Shown: positions 15,027-24,597 of the stretch, piece by piece
How the letters are laid out: every line of letters begins with the position of its first letter
How positions within the stretch are numbered: the first letter of the stretch is position 1
Source of the DNA: Candidatus Babelota bacterium
GTDB taxonomy: Bacteria > Babelota > Babeliae > Babelales > CAIQNR01
DNA: 64,000 bases
Reading direction: 5' to 3'
Assembly (NCBI GenBank): GCA_965658655.1
Contig: CBFHTA010000003.1
Coordinates: forward strand, 1,883 to 65,882
Translations under genes and position numbers: made by a program
The notes under the pieces: model-generated
Seen by the model: the letters and a program-made list of their open reading frames with translations, nothing else
Database searches by the model: none
What the model was told of the DNA's origin: nothing

Positions 15027-15833
15027 ATGTTTACCGATACCCATTGTCACATCAATATGATGGTCAAAAAAGAATTCGATGTTCCCCTACCACAAAACTT
15101 TAAAGAGCTAGCGCTACCTATTATCACGCAAGCACAGAAAGCTGGTATTACAAAGATTATCAATGTAGGAACCAGCGTACCAGAAAGTCAAAATTGCATG
15201 CAACTTGCCCAAGCGTTTGACCGTTGCTATGCCACTATTGGAACTCATCCCAACGATTTAAAAAGCGACTGGAAGAACGACATTGCCACCTACAAAAAAT
15301 GGCTCTCTGCAAAAGAAACTTACAAAATTGTAGGCATCGGAGAGATTGGTCTTGATTACCACTATCCTAACTACAATAAGCAAATACAGTATGATGGTTT
15401 TAAAGCACAAATTGAACTTGCCCTGGAACACAACTTGCCTATTGTTATTCATACTCGAGATGCTGGAGGGGAAGTATTAGAAGTACTTTCTGAATATAAG
15501 AACGACCGTGCTCGCGGCGTAATTCATTGCTTTTCAGAAGATCAAGATTTTGCAAATTACGCGTTAGAGCTTGGTTTTGTTTTGGGTATTGGCGGAACAC
15601 TTACCTATCCAAAGAACAAAGTACTACGAGAGATTTTCACCCTTGCACCACTTAATAAAATAGTACTCGAGACCGATGCACCCTTCTTGCCTCCTCAAAA
15701 GTTCCGTGGCCAACAAAATAACCCTGCGCATATTGCAACCATTGCAGATTTCTTTGCCGAACTCAGAGGTATTTCAAAAGAAGAGATTGCTAAAGCGACT
15801 CAAGCAACTGTAAAAGAAGTTTTTGGTATTTAA
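15027..15833 (+). CDS. tatD: TatD family metal-dependent hydrolase/DNase
   Basis: It has MFTDTHCHINMM, GEIGLDYHY, IHTRDA, GVIHCFS and ETDAPFL motifs. Confidence 0.85.
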   Translation: MFTDTHCHINMMVKKEFDVPLPQNFKELALPIITQAQKAGITKIINVGTSVPESQNCMQLAQAFDRCYATIGTHPNDLKSDWKNDIATYKKWLSAKETYKIVGIGEIGLDYHYPNYNKQIQYDGFKAQIELALEHNLPIVIHTRDAGGEVLEVLSEYKNDRARGVIHCFSEDQDFANYALELGFVLGIGGTLTYPKNKVLREIFTLAPLNKIVLETDAPFLPPQKFRGQQNNPAHIATIADFFAELRGISKEEIAKATQATVKEVFGI

Positions 15834-16105
15834 TTATTTTTAATGAGATTTCTATAAACAAAAAACGCTATAATAAGTGTTCCACAAAGAATACCAACTT
15901 GTACAAATGAAAGATGGTAATAATTGAATACGGTAAAAAGACTTCCTGCTCCAATACCCCAAAAAACACCCATCTTATAGCTGGCTCTTTGTGGATGCTT
16001 TAAGTAAGAGTTCAAGAGATTAGTAAGTGGAACCCAGATCAGTAAACCACAGGCAACCCAAACAGCAAGATTAATTACCAGTACTTTTATAAAATCCATA
16101 TCCAT
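15830..16105 (-). CDS. small hypothetical membrane protein
   Basis: 91 aa with about 3 hydrophobic helices. I recognise no family. Confidence 0.4.
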   Translation of the reverse strand: MDMDFIKVLVINLAVWVACGLLIWVPLTNLLNSYLKHPQRASYKMGVFWGIGAGSLFTVFNYYHLSFVQVGILCGTLIIAFFVYRNLIKNN

Positions 16106-16119
16106 AATTATTCCCTACA

Positions 16120-16461
16120 TTAAGAAAAGAAATAGACTAAAACTCTTAAATACGTCGTAATCATCACCATAAACATTCCAATAGCCATACCAATAAACAG
16201 TATGATATCTGGAATACTATTGACTGGAAACAAACGAGAAAATACAAGTCCTATGCATCCAACCAATAAAGCACTTCCTACTTTTTGATACAAACAAATA
16301 GAGGGCAACAGAGGTCTGATTTTGGGAATAATCTTTTGCTGAATAAAGGTGAACGGTCCATGCCCAGACATGAACATTTGATAAAACATATAAAACACAA
16401 AACTCAGCGACAATAAAATACTAATTGGAACTAGAAGGAATAAAATATCCATTCCATTCAT
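16120..16461 (-). CDS. small hypothetical membrane protein
   Basis: 113 aa with about 3-4 hydrophobic helices. Confidence 0.4.
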   Translation of the reverse strand: MNGMDILFLLVPISILLSLSFVFYMFYQMFMSGHGPFTFIQQKIIPKIRPLLPSICLYQKVGSALLVGCIGLVFSRLFPVNSIPDIILFIGMAIGMFMVMITTYLRVLVYFFS

Positions 16462-16532
16462 AACAAAACTCCCCTACTACTTCGATACACATATTCGCTC
16501 TAATTCATATTCATTCAATATGATTCGATAAT

Positions 16533-16706
16533 CTAAAACACACAGAATTCAACGAAGAAAGTCCATAAGATAGAAAAACTGACCATATAAAAACGGCGTT
16601 GCTTAGGCTTTATTCCTTTATAAACTAACAAAACATGCATTATAAATAACGCAAGAAATAAACTAAAAAGTAACGTAAAAATAAAACCTTTAGACAACAA
16701 CTGCAT
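16533..16706 (-). CDS. possible 57-aa membrane ORF (below the ORF-track cutoff)
   Basis: Own translation: MQLLSKGFIFTLLFSLFLALFIMHVLLVYKGIKPKQRRFYMVSFSILWTFFVEFCVF. It fills the gap between two same-strand membrane ORFs. Confidence 0.25.
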   Translation of the reverse strand: MQLLSKGFIFTLLFSLFLALFIMHVLLVYKGIKPKQRRFYMVSFSILWTFFVEFCVF

Positions 16707-16725
16707 TCTACTCTCCCTTTAATAG

Positions 16726-17253
16726 TTAATAATCTTCCATATCAAAATTATGCAAAGATGGTTCATGTTTTGGCTGGTTACGCAATGTAATCTCAAGCGC
16801 AAGACACATTAAAATAGCAGCTCGGGTAAGATAAGAGATAACCATATCGGCAACCTTTACAATTGCATGTGAATTCAGCTGAATGACAAGTAAACCATCA
16901 AGAACCATTAAGCCATAAATTATTACTATACCCAAGTAAAGCTTTGAGCGAGAAATACCTTTTCCGTACACTACCACCAAGTAATCATCAATACGTAAAA
17001 GTAATATCTGTAAGGCTGCTCCACAAATTAAATGGTCGAACAATACATTGAAAACATCTTGTATTCGCTGAGGAAACAAATAATACATGCCAATAGTAGA
17101 AAGAATACCGGCCAGCATCCAGGCAACCCAAATGGCTACGCGTTTCCACGACATTTCATAATCAAAGCACCATCGCACCGTTACATAAGAAATAGCTACC
17201 ACACCGGCCCAACCTATTAAGACCCCTATAAACTTTAATAAAAAATCTGACAT
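16726..17253 (-). CDS. hypothetical polytopic membrane protein
   Basis: 175 aa with about 5 hydrophobic helices and an acidic C-terminus. Confidence 0.45.
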   Translation of the reverse strand: MSDFLLKFIGVLIGWAGVVAISYVTVRWCFDYEMSWKRVAIWVAWMLAGILSTIGMYYLFPQRIQDVFNVLFDHLICGAALQILLLRIDDYLVVVYGKGISRSKLYLGIVIIYGLMVLDGLLVIQLNSHAIVKVADMVISYLTRAAILMCLALEITLRNQPKHEPSLHNFDMEDY

Positions 17254-17319
17254 TTTACCCCTTTCAAAAACTTAAGCTTATTTCTAATTGTATCAATTTA
17301 TATAAATCACTCGCAAGAT

Positions 17320-17348
17320 TTGTCGCGGAATTGGTAATGTTCTATACT
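17320..17348 (+). promoter_or_regulatory. sigma70-like promoter TTGTCG-17-TATACT
   Basis: It lies 32 nt upstream of the putP ATG (17380). Confidence 0.4.
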
Positions 17349-17379
17349 GTTGATTCATGGATTTTTTGGGAGATTTTTT

Positions 17380-18774
17380 ATGTTACACGATTTTATCTGG
17401 GCCTTTGGATTATACGGTTCAATTTTAGCAGCTATCAGTTTTGCATTTTATAGAAAAAGTCAGAATGCAGAAGAATTCATGCTAGGGAACCGTTCTTTAA
17501 ACTATGTAGCAACCGCTATTGCTGCACATTCAAGTGATATGAGTATCTGGTTATTCATGGGACTGCCCGGAATTGTATACGCTCAAGGCATGCAAATTGC
17601 CTGGGTACCAATAGGCTTAGTAACAGGAATGTTCTGTTCTTGGACTTTTGTTGCCACTGCTTTACGCAAAGAAACAGAAGAGTACGATGCATTAACATTA
17701 TCTGCCTATTTAGAGAAACGCTTTAACGACAAGTCTGGCAAACTCCGTATTTTAAGCTCTTTGCTTTGTCTTCTATTCTTTGTATTTTATGTTTCTTCTG
17801 GTTTAGTTGGTATGGGATTAATGTTCGAGAACGTCTTTAACATAGATTATCATTTAGGAATTCTTGTCGCTCTTCTAACTACCGTAACCTATACCTTTGT
17901 AGGTGGCTTTGTGGGCGTCGCCTGGTGCGATCTTTTCCAAGGTTTCTTTTTAGTCTCTATGATTGTTCTCGTACCAAGCCTAGCAATGCAAAAGTTATCA
18001 AGCTTTCAAGCAATTAGCACAGCAGCACAACTTAAAAGTATTTCTTTAACATTACTCCCAAAAACGCTTTCGGGTCTCGTTTCTTCTTTACTTCTTGCCC
18101 TCTCGTGGGGACTCGGCTATTTTGGCCAACCTCATATTTTAGTTAACTTTATGGGTATTAAAAGCCCCAGAGAAATATCAAAAGCGCGCAGCATTGGTAT
18201 TACATGGCAAATCTTCACACTAGGAGCGTCGCTTGCCATTGGTATTATTGCCATTGCTTATTTTGCGCAACCATTAGCCGATCCCGAGCTAGTGTTTGTA
18301 ACCATGGTACGTAGTTTGTTTAGTCCGTTTATTGCAGGTTTTGTTTTATGTGCCATTGTTGCAGCAGGATTAACCACCATCGACACTCAAATTCTGGTGT
18401 CTGCCTCAACTTTTGCGACCGATTTTTATAAACAGTACATTCACCAAAAAGCAACAAATAAAGAAGTTTTAAGGGCCTCAAAAATTGGTGTCTTAATTAT
18501 GCCACTGGTCAGTTACGCTGTGGCCTTTAATAAAAGCGCTTCGGTTTATGCTTTGGTTGAATATGCATGGAATGGGCTTGGTAGCTCATTCGGCCCGGTC
18601 ATTTTAAGCTCACTGTATTCAAAGCGAGTAACCGCTAATGGTGCCTTTTTTGGCATGCTCACAGGGGGTATCATCGCCGCTCTATGGCCACTTTCTGGTA
18701 GCACGGTCCCATCTATGATTCCTGGATTCTTCTCTAATCTAGCGGTTATTTTACTCTTAAGCTCACACAAATAA
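17380..18774 (+). CDS. putP: sodium/proline symporter (SSF family)
   Basis: It is collinear with E. coli PutP from memory: GNRSL..., SDMS.WLFMGLPG, YTFVGGF..V.W.D, WGLGYFGQPHIL..FM, AWNGLG..FGPV. Start chosen at ATG 17380 after GGGAGA; the track uses TTG at 17350. Confidence 0.8.
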   Translation: MLHDFIWAFGLYGSILAAISFAFYRKSQNAEEFMLGNRSLNYVATAIAAHSSDMSIWLFMGLPGIVYAQGMQIAWVPIGLVTGMFCSWTFVATALRKETEEYDALTLSAYLEKRFNDKSGKLRILSSLLCLLFFVFYVSSGLVGMGLMFENVFNIDYHLGILVALLTTVTYTFVGGFVGVAWCDLFQGFFLVSMIVLVPSLAMQKLSSFQAISTAAQLKSISLTLLPKTLSGLVSSLLLALSWGLGYFGQPHILVNFMGIKSPREISKARSIGITWQIFTLGASLAIGIIAIAYFAQPLADPELVFVTMVRSLFSPFIAGFVLCAIVAAGLTTIDTQILVSASTFATDFYKQYIHQKATNKEVLRASKIGVLIMPLVSYAVAFNKSASVYALVEYAWNGLGSSFGPVILSSLYSKRVTANGAFFGMLTGGIIAALWPLSGSTVPSMIPGFFSNLAVILLLSSHK

Positions 18775-18808
18775 ATCTATTTAAGCTTACTTTTTACGAA
18801 CACATCAA

Positions 18809-18836
18809 TTGACTATTTGTCAATTAGTGTTAAAAT
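18809..18836 (+). promoter_or_regulatory. sigma70-like promoter TTGACT-16-TAAAAT
   Basis: TTGACT is at 18809-18814 and TAAAAT at 18831-18836, 42 nt upstream of the ATG at 18878. Confidence 0.5.
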
Positions 18837-18877
18837 GTCTTTTATAATAAAGATTTGTTTTAAAGATGGAGACTGCT

Positions 18878-20536
18878 ATGAATAAGAAATTTCTCAGTTT
18901 ATTAATTCTAGGGTTGGTCATAAGTTTACCGACATTTACAGCAGCAGAGGGTGGGAGCAGTGATGATGAATTGCACGCTAGTCTACATCCAAGTTTAATG
19001 CAAGCTATTGGTGAATCAGAAGTAGACTGGAATTCTGTCTTTAGCCAAATAGGCCTACCTCAAAAAGGGCAAGACGCGCAAACTGAATTAACCTCGGCTT
19101 CTGAAAGAAAAAAGAAAAAAAGAAACAAACGAGGAACTGGAGCTGATGTAGTAAGTGTAGATGAATATTATGCATCTCTTTTAGGTGAAATTAATGAAAT
19201 TGAAAAAACTGAAACTACATTAAATACTCTTTTGGAAAAATATAGGGGTGTAATTGTTCCACTCCAAAAACAAAAAAATTCTGCGAGTAAAAAGAAGCCT
19301 CTTCCTCAAGATTCAAAAAACAAACTTAAGGCGTATGAAAAGGCAAAAGCCAAAATTTACCAAATTCTCAAAGAACTAAGCTCTGCCAGCGGTCAAAAAA
19401 AAATAGCCGAAATGCGTGTCGGGAAAGAAGCACTTGTAATGGAAAAAATAAAGCAAGAACAAGCCGCATCTGCGCTTAGAAAAGAAGAAGAGGAAAAAAA
19501 GAGAAAAAGAAAAAAAGAAGAAGAAAAAGCACTCGCAAACACCGGAGGTGCAAGCGCTCCTAAATTATCACCTACAATTGTAAGAAAAATGATGGAAATG
19601 AGAAAACATACCGAAGGGCCTGTTAAAAGATTCCCAACAGAATTTGAAAAGAATCAAGTAAGCCCCTGCGAAAATGATATTATTCAGCTCTTCTGGTTAT
19701 TTATAGGGGACACAAAAGAATGTGAAGTGAAAGCTTGCCCTGTGTGCGGAACAGTAAAGAGCACCCCTTGTAAAATTAAACGTTCCACCATGCCTCCTGA
19801 CATATCAGAACATGATTTGAAATTAACTAAAACTTTACTTGAATCAATCATTACAGGGGCTAAACAAGACGTATCTAATAATATCACTGTAGTATTCCCA
19901 ACACTTCATGAACCTAAAGCGCCCCCTATTTATAACTTATTTTTAGCACTTGTTAAAAAAGCTCAAACAGAAAGTGCATCTGGTGATGTTACAGCACGAT
20001 CAATAGGAAAACTAGCATTCAGATTTTCTGAATTGCTTCAAGCTCCTTTTGAACACGTAATATCAGATAAATCTGCAGTATCAGCGGAAGCACGCGCTCT
20101 TTCTCATACTGCTTTTGAACAAGACACAGCTGAAGAAGAAATCGATTCATTGGCATCCTTAAGAACATCTCTTTTTAGCGCCTCTAATCTTACGAGTAAA
20201 ATAGTACGACCAATGCGTGAAGAAGCTATTTCAACTTTTTTGACTCGTTTAGAACAGTTTGCCAACCAAATCAGCACAGAAGATACAGCTAAGATTCTTC
20301 ATTCATTTATGCACGATATGACTCAAACAACAACTCCAATAGAAGTGAACTGGTGCCCCGCTTGCTTAAAATATCATAAAGAAAAAGTAAAGGTACAAAC
20401 TAGCTCAGGCACAAGACAAGACCGCTTAAGAGTGGACTACTTACATGAACTCATTAAGCAGAAAAAAGAGATAATACCAGCTGCTTTTTGCTTCTTAAAT
20501 ATTCTTTCGTATGTAAATTGGAACCATGTTGAGTAA
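18878..20536 (+). CDS. hypothetical secreted protein with basic K/R clusters and two CPxC motifs
   Basis: 552 aa from MNKKFLSLLILGLVISLPTFTAAEG. It contains RKKKKRNKRG, KKRKRKK, CPVCGTVKSTPC and CPACLKYH. GGAG is upstream. Confidence 0.6.
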   Translation: MNKKFLSLLILGLVISLPTFTAAEGGSSDDELHASLHPSLMQAIGESEVDWNSVFSQIGLPQKGQDAQTELTSASERKKKKRNKRGTGADVVSVDEYYASLLGEINEIEKTETTLNTLLEKYRGVIVPLQKQKNSASKKKPLPQDSKNKLKAYEKAKAKIYQILKELSSASGQKKIAEMRVGKEALVMEKIKQEQAASALRKEEEEKKRKRKKEEEKALANTGGASAPKLSPTIVRKMMEMRKHTEGPVKRFPTEFEKNQVSPCENDIIQLFWLFIGDTKECEVKACPVCGTVKSTPCKIKRSTMPPDISEHDLKLTKTLLESIITGAKQDVSNNITVVFPTLHEPKAPPIYNLFLALVKKAQTESASGDVTARSIGKLAFRFSELLQAPFEHVISDKSAVSAEARALSHTAFEQDTAEEEIDSLASLRTSLFSASNLTSKIVRPMREEAISTFLTRLEQFANQISTEDTAKILHSFMHDMTQTTTPIEVNWCPACLKYHKEKVKVQTSSGTRQDRLRVDYLHELIKQKKEIIPAAFCFLNILSYVNWNHVE

Positions 20537-20560
20537 TAAAATACTTTAAGTAATAAAAAA

Positions 20561-20597
20561 CCGTTTGAGAAATGCGTTATCTCAAGCGGTTTTTTTA
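20561..20597. terminator. bidirectional intrinsic terminator between convergent genes
   Basis: CCGTTTGAGA-N9-TCTCAAGCGG forms a 10-bp stem with one G-U pair. It is flanked by an A-run (20556-20560) and a T-run (20590-20596). Confidence 0.7.
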
Positions 20598-21038
20598 GTT
20601 CATACGATCTAACACAATATGAGAAACGGCTCCTGCAGCAAAAAAAACTGCGTCTAGCATCAGTAAAGTAGTGTGCTGGGGAAATGATTGAGCTACAAAA
20701 TAGGCAAGCGTAAATGGCACTGCTGCCACAAACCATATAGTATGAAAAAGTCCCCTGTGACGCACAAGAAGAGGCAGCATAGCAACAAAACTAGTCGCTG
20801 CAAAAAGCTCCCAATTCTGCTGAAAGTAGAGTAAGATAAGACACAATAGAATAACACGATAGAAAATGCCTTGGCCTTTGCTTTTAATATCTACATCGGG
20901 AAACAAAGAACCAACTATTGTTAAGAAAAACCATTGAAGTGCAGTGATAAGAGTAGGTGGGTAAATTCTACTGACTACTAAGACAACTATACAGAATGTT
21001 GCCGCTCCAGCTACAATATGACCTCTATATCCTGGCAT
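20595..21038 (-). CDS. membrane-bound metal-dependent hydrolase (DUF457/YdjM-like)
   Basis: 147 aa with a 4-TM layout and G.RGH, LFPDVD and HRGLFHT motifs. Confidence 0.5.
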   Translation of the reverse strand: MPGYRGHIVAGAATFCIVVLVVSRIYPPTLITALQWFFLTIVGSLFPDVDIKSKGQGIFYRVILLCLILLYFQQNWELFAATSFVAMLPLLVRHRGLFHTIWFVAAVPFTLAYFVAQSFPQHTTLLMLDAVFFAAGAVSHIVLDRMN

Positions 21039-21050
21039 AGTTTTCTCCTT

Positions 21051-22190
21051 TTACTTTCTCTCTAACCTCATAAACTTTGTATTCGGGTAATAGAAAGCAA
21101 GAACTTTTTTATAATCAAATCCTTGATTGACCATCTCTCGACCACCCCATTGACACATACCAATATGGTGCCCATAGCCTTTACCCTTTAGAATAACTTT
21201 ATCGCCCTTCTTGTTGGCCGAAAAACTAAAGCTTTTAATATCTTTAAACAATCGATAAAAGTCTTTTGAATTAAAAGATAAAAGACCTCGGGGTGTGTTC
21301 ACCCGAATATCCTTAACCAAACCAGCTTTATCTTTTTGAACAATCTTAATAGTTTTAACATCATGAATAATAGTATCAGTCCCCTCTTGAAGCTGATCAA
21401 TAAAGTGACCTAACTCATATGAGGCTTTCCAACTATAAATTTTACACGATCGACAAAAACGACACGCATAGCTCCTGTTTAGGTAAGGTGCTTTTTTAAA
21501 ATCTATAACACCCTCTATGGAAGCCGGAACAACACCTCCACAGCAACAATCAAACATTGCTAAAATTGGCTTACCATCATAACTTAAAAAGATATCTTGT
21601 GTTTCTTGAACTGCCTGACGAATTACTGGGCAATTATGCAAACCGGTATAGGTTTGATGAAAATTAGTATTTTTAATGTGATACACAGATTCTTTATTAC
21701 GAGAAGACAACAAGGTGTGTAACAAGTAACTCCGGCACGCAATAGCAATTGCCTTATTAATTTCAAGCGGCCATCCGGGCCAACTCTCTGTCTTTAAAAC
21801 GGAAAATACATAATTTTCTAAAGGCAAAATATTAATTAACAAATATCGCTTCTTATCTTTCTGTAGATAAAATGCACCCTCATACACACCGTCTCCAAAA
21901 GAAACCACCCCATCAATTGGCTCAAAGAGCATGTTGTCGTAACACAATTTCTTATCGTCTAAATACACAGCATCTGGACGACAATCAAGTGTAAACTTAT
22001 GCCTCGTCTGTTTGAGCATTAAAAGTTTATCTGTCTCTCTATTACGAAGTTTAAACCCTTGGCGAGCAGATAAAGTCCATGTTCCTGTTTTTTTTTGATC
22101 TAAAAGCACACGTACGGGAATCGCATATGCAGTAAACGGAAGAAAAAAAAGAATAATATTAAATATAAACATCATATGAACGTAATACAT
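21051..22190 (-). CDS. SpoIID/LytB domain protein (peptidoglycan remodelling)
   Basis: It has a signal-like N-terminus, AIAIACRSY, FHQTYTG and FDCCCGG..PAS motifs. The start is uncertain (22172-22190) and overlaps the rnhA end. Confidence 0.7.
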   Translation of the reverse strand: MYYVHMMFIFNIILFFLPFTAYAIPVRVLLDQKKTGTWTLSARQGFKLRNRETDKLLMLKQTRHKFTLDCRPDAVYLDDKKLCYDNMLFEPIDGVVSFGDGVYEGAFYLQKDKKRYLLINILPLENYVFSVLKTESWPGWPLEINKAIAIACRSYLLHTLLSSRNKESVYHIKNTNFHQTYTGLHNCPVIRQAVQETQDIFLSYDGKPILAMFDCCCGGVVPASIEGVIDFKKAPYLNRSYACRFCRSCKIYSWKASYELGHFIDQLQEGTDTIIHDVKTIKIVQKDKAGLVKDIRVNTPRGLLSFNSKDFYRLFKDIKSFSFSANKKGDKVILKGKGYGHHIGMCQWGGREMVNQGFDYKKVLAFYYPNTKFMRLERK

Positions 22191-22671
22191 CGAGCAACTT
22201 CAACGGAAGAGATGTTTTATTATCAACTCCCTGGTTAGCAAGAGCATCGGCATGTGTATTTTTTTCACGCAAGACATGCTCAAACTCTGGACTGAAAAAA
22301 GAAGACTCCTGATTAGCCGCCAGGTATAATTTTTTTAATTCTTCTTTTCTTACCCTGTACTCCCCCTTCATCTGCTTAATAAGTAATTCTGAATCAGAAA
22401 CAATTCGAACACTTTCTCCTGGTTTTACCTCTTTCTTTAAAAAACAAACGCCAATAACAAGCGCTAAATATTCAGCCTCGTTATTTGTTTTTGTTTGAAG
22501 ATAAAAACCTTCCTTTAAAAACTCTTTACCATCTTTTCTAATATACACACCAGCACCTGAAGGACCGGGATTTCCTCTAGAAGCACCATCTACAAACAAT
22601 TCCCAATTATATTCAGGAGCTTTGAACTGGTCTAAAATTTTATCAAAAATAGAAACCTGTTTATCAGCCAT
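22159..22671 (-). CDS. rnhA: ribonuclease HI
   Basis: It has LFVDGASRGNPGPSGAGVYI, NNEAEYLALVIG, SDSELLIKQM and THADALAN. Start chosen at MADKQV (GAGG upstream); the track ORF extends to 22695. Confidence 0.8.
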   Translation of the reverse strand: MADKQVSIFDKILDQFKAPEYNWELFVDGASRGNPGPSGAGVYIRKDGKEFLKEGFYLQTKTNNEAEYLALVIGVCFLKKEVKPGESVRIVSDSELLIKQMKGEYRVRKEELKKLYLAANQESSFFSPEFEHVLREKNTHADALANQGVDNKTSLPLKLLDVLRSYDVYI

Positions 22672-23392
22672 TGGTTGCCTCAACTTCAGGAACATAATCT
22701 ATATACAAGAATCGATAGCACCCTTTACACTGCAGTAATTTTTTTCTTTTTAGATGCGCCATCTCTTGGCTCGTTAATGTATGGAAACATGCTTTACAAT
22801 TCAAGTCTTCAACCGCAGATACTGGATCTGAAACAGAATTGCGCATACGCTCATACTTTTCTATCCACTCTTCAGGAACACCCTCTTCTTTTACTGCACG
22901 ACTTTTTTGTTCTAATTGAAACTTTGCTTCAAGTTCATCAACCTGAACTTGCTTCTCTGCCATCTGTTTCTCGATTGTCTCTTTTTGTGCATGATATTCT
23001 TTTTCTTTATCAACCACACTTTTCTGAGCATTCTCCAGATTGTTCCAAGCAGTAATCAACTGAGCTTCAGCATCCATCTGTTGCTGTTGAACCTCTTCAG
23101 TCTCTTTTTTAAGCGCAATGTATTCTTTATTATTCGATGATACTGCAAAACGTTCCTGTACCGCTTTACCTTTCTCATCAAGCGTTTTCATCTCAAGCTC
23201 TTGCATATCTACTTCTTTTTTCAAGTCATGCAATTTTGCCTGTTCTTTTTGAAACAGTTCTTTAAAAGGATCAATTTGATCTTCCAATACTTCGATTTCT
23301 GTTTCCAAATCTATAATTTCTTTTTCTTTTTCATACAACGTTTGATCGAACGTAATAAGGTTTATGAATAGATCAAAAGGGTTTTTACTCAT
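22664..23392 (-). CDS. coiled-coil protein with C-terminal C4 zinc ribbon (COG1579/DUF164-like)
   Basis: 242 aa with a long K/E/Q coiled coil, then CKACFHTL...CKGCYRFLY. Confidence 0.6.
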   Translation of the reverse strand: MSKNPFDLFINLITFDQTLYEKEKEIIDLETEIEVLEDQIDPFKELFQKEQAKLHDLKKEVDMQELEMKTLDEKGKAVQERFAVSSNNKEYIALKKETEEVQQQQMDAEAQLITAWNNLENAQKSVVDKEKEYHAQKETIEKQMAEKQVQVDELEAKFQLEQKSRAVKEEGVPEEWIEKYERMRNSVSDPVSAVEDLNCKACFHTLTSQEMAHLKRKKLLQCKGCYRFLYIDYVPEVEATNG

Positions 23393-23440
23393 CGAGAACT
23401 CCCTAAGGTATAAAGTGGGGTAGCTTTGTAGGAGCTAAGA

Positions 23441-23517
23441 TGGTGGGCCCACCAGGATTTGAACCTGGGACCTCTCGGTTATGAGCCGATTGCTCTAACC
23501 AACTGAGCTATGGGCCC
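23441..23517 (-). tRNA. tRNA with anticodon CAU (Met elongator or Ile2), CCA encoded
   Basis: rc reads GGGCCCATAGCTCAGTTGGTTAGAGCAATCGGCTCATAACCGAGAGGTCCCAGGTTCAAATCCTGGTGGGCCCACCA, with anticodon loop CTCATAA. Confidence 0.9.
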
Positions 23518-23590
23518 GCCTTTACTCCGTGCTACACGGGAAAACACCCGTTCCTTTAGCTTAAAGAAATCTTTGACGATTGCAAGAAAC

Positions 23591-24583
23591 TTATGAATCT
23601 CGCATCACTAAAAAGTCTTTGAGGCGGCTACTATACCCACGTTCATTGTCATACCAACCAAACACTTTACCCAGCGATCCCACTGTTTGAGTAAGCTTTT
23701 GATCAATAATAACCGAATGATTATTTTGACTAAAATCAGAAGAAACAAGCTCTTCGTCGGTCACCTGCATGATGCCAGAAAGATCTCCTTGAGATGCTTG
23801 GGAACATAGACCTTGTAAGCTTTGTACCGTAATAGATTTCTCTGTAACAAACGCAAGATCGATTAAAGAAACGGTGGCAACCGGAACCCGCAGAGCACAC
23901 CCTTCTATTTTCCCTGTAAGCTCTGGAAGAACCTGAGCAACTACTTTCATAGCTCCTGTAGTAGTGGGAATAATATTAAGAGCTGCTGCTCGTGCTCGAC
24001 GAATATCAGAACGATCAACATCAAGAAGTGTTTGATTATTAGTATAAGAATGTACGGTAGTCATATACGCAGAAGCAAGACCAAATTGCTTATTTAAAAT
24101 ATCAAGAACAGGAGCCACGGCGTTCGTAGTACAGCTACCCAACGACACAATTTTTTGGTTGGTATACGCACTATCATTAACACCTAAAATAACCGTCACA
24201 TCTGCATCTGCTGATGGTGCAGAAATCAATACGTGTTCTGCACCCGCCTTAATATGCTTTTTTGCCTCTGATTTTTTAGTAAATTTACCAGAACAATCAA
24301 CAACCCAGTCAACTCCGTGCCAATCTAATTTTGCAGGATCAATCTCATTATAAATTTTTATATTGTGATCATTGATTGAAAGAGTACCAGAACAGTACGA
24401 AACTTCTCCTTGAAATTTCCCCATGATAGTATCGTACATAAAACTGTGTGCAACAAAGTCTGGATTTGCAGAACCAATATTAAGTGCAACCACCTCTAAT
24501 TTTTTCAAAGCTACAGAGTCTTCAAACACCGTACGCAAAAAATTTCGCCCTATCCGTCCAAACCCATTGATAGCTATCTTCAT
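23591..24583 (-). CDS. gap: glyceraldehyde-3-phosphate dehydrogenase
   Basis: It has MKIAINGFGRIGRNFLR and the catalytic SCTTNAVAP, followed by WYDNE. Confidence 0.9.
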   Translation of the reverse strand: MKIAINGFGRIGRNFLRTVFEDSVALKKLEVVALNIGSANPDFVAHSFMYDTIMGKFQGEVSYCSGTLSINDHNIKIYNEIDPAKLDWHGVDWVVDCSGKFTKKSEAKKHIKAGAEHVLISAPSADADVTVILGVNDSAYTNQKIVSLGSCTTNAVAPVLDILNKQFGLASAYMTTVHSYTNNQTLLDVDRSDIRRARAAALNIIPTTTGAMKVVAQVLPELTGKIEGCALRVPVATVSLIDLAFVTEKSITVQSLQGLCSQASQGDLSGIMQVTDEELVSSDFSQNNHSVIIDQKLTQTVGSLGKVFGWYDNERGYSSRLKDFLVMRDS

Positions 24584-24597
24584 TTACTCTCTCTCCT

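Noticed and set aside
20437-20736. 99-aa minus-strand ORF spanning a gene junction
   Set aside because: It crosses the bidirectional terminator and overlaps the ends of two well-supported convergent genes.
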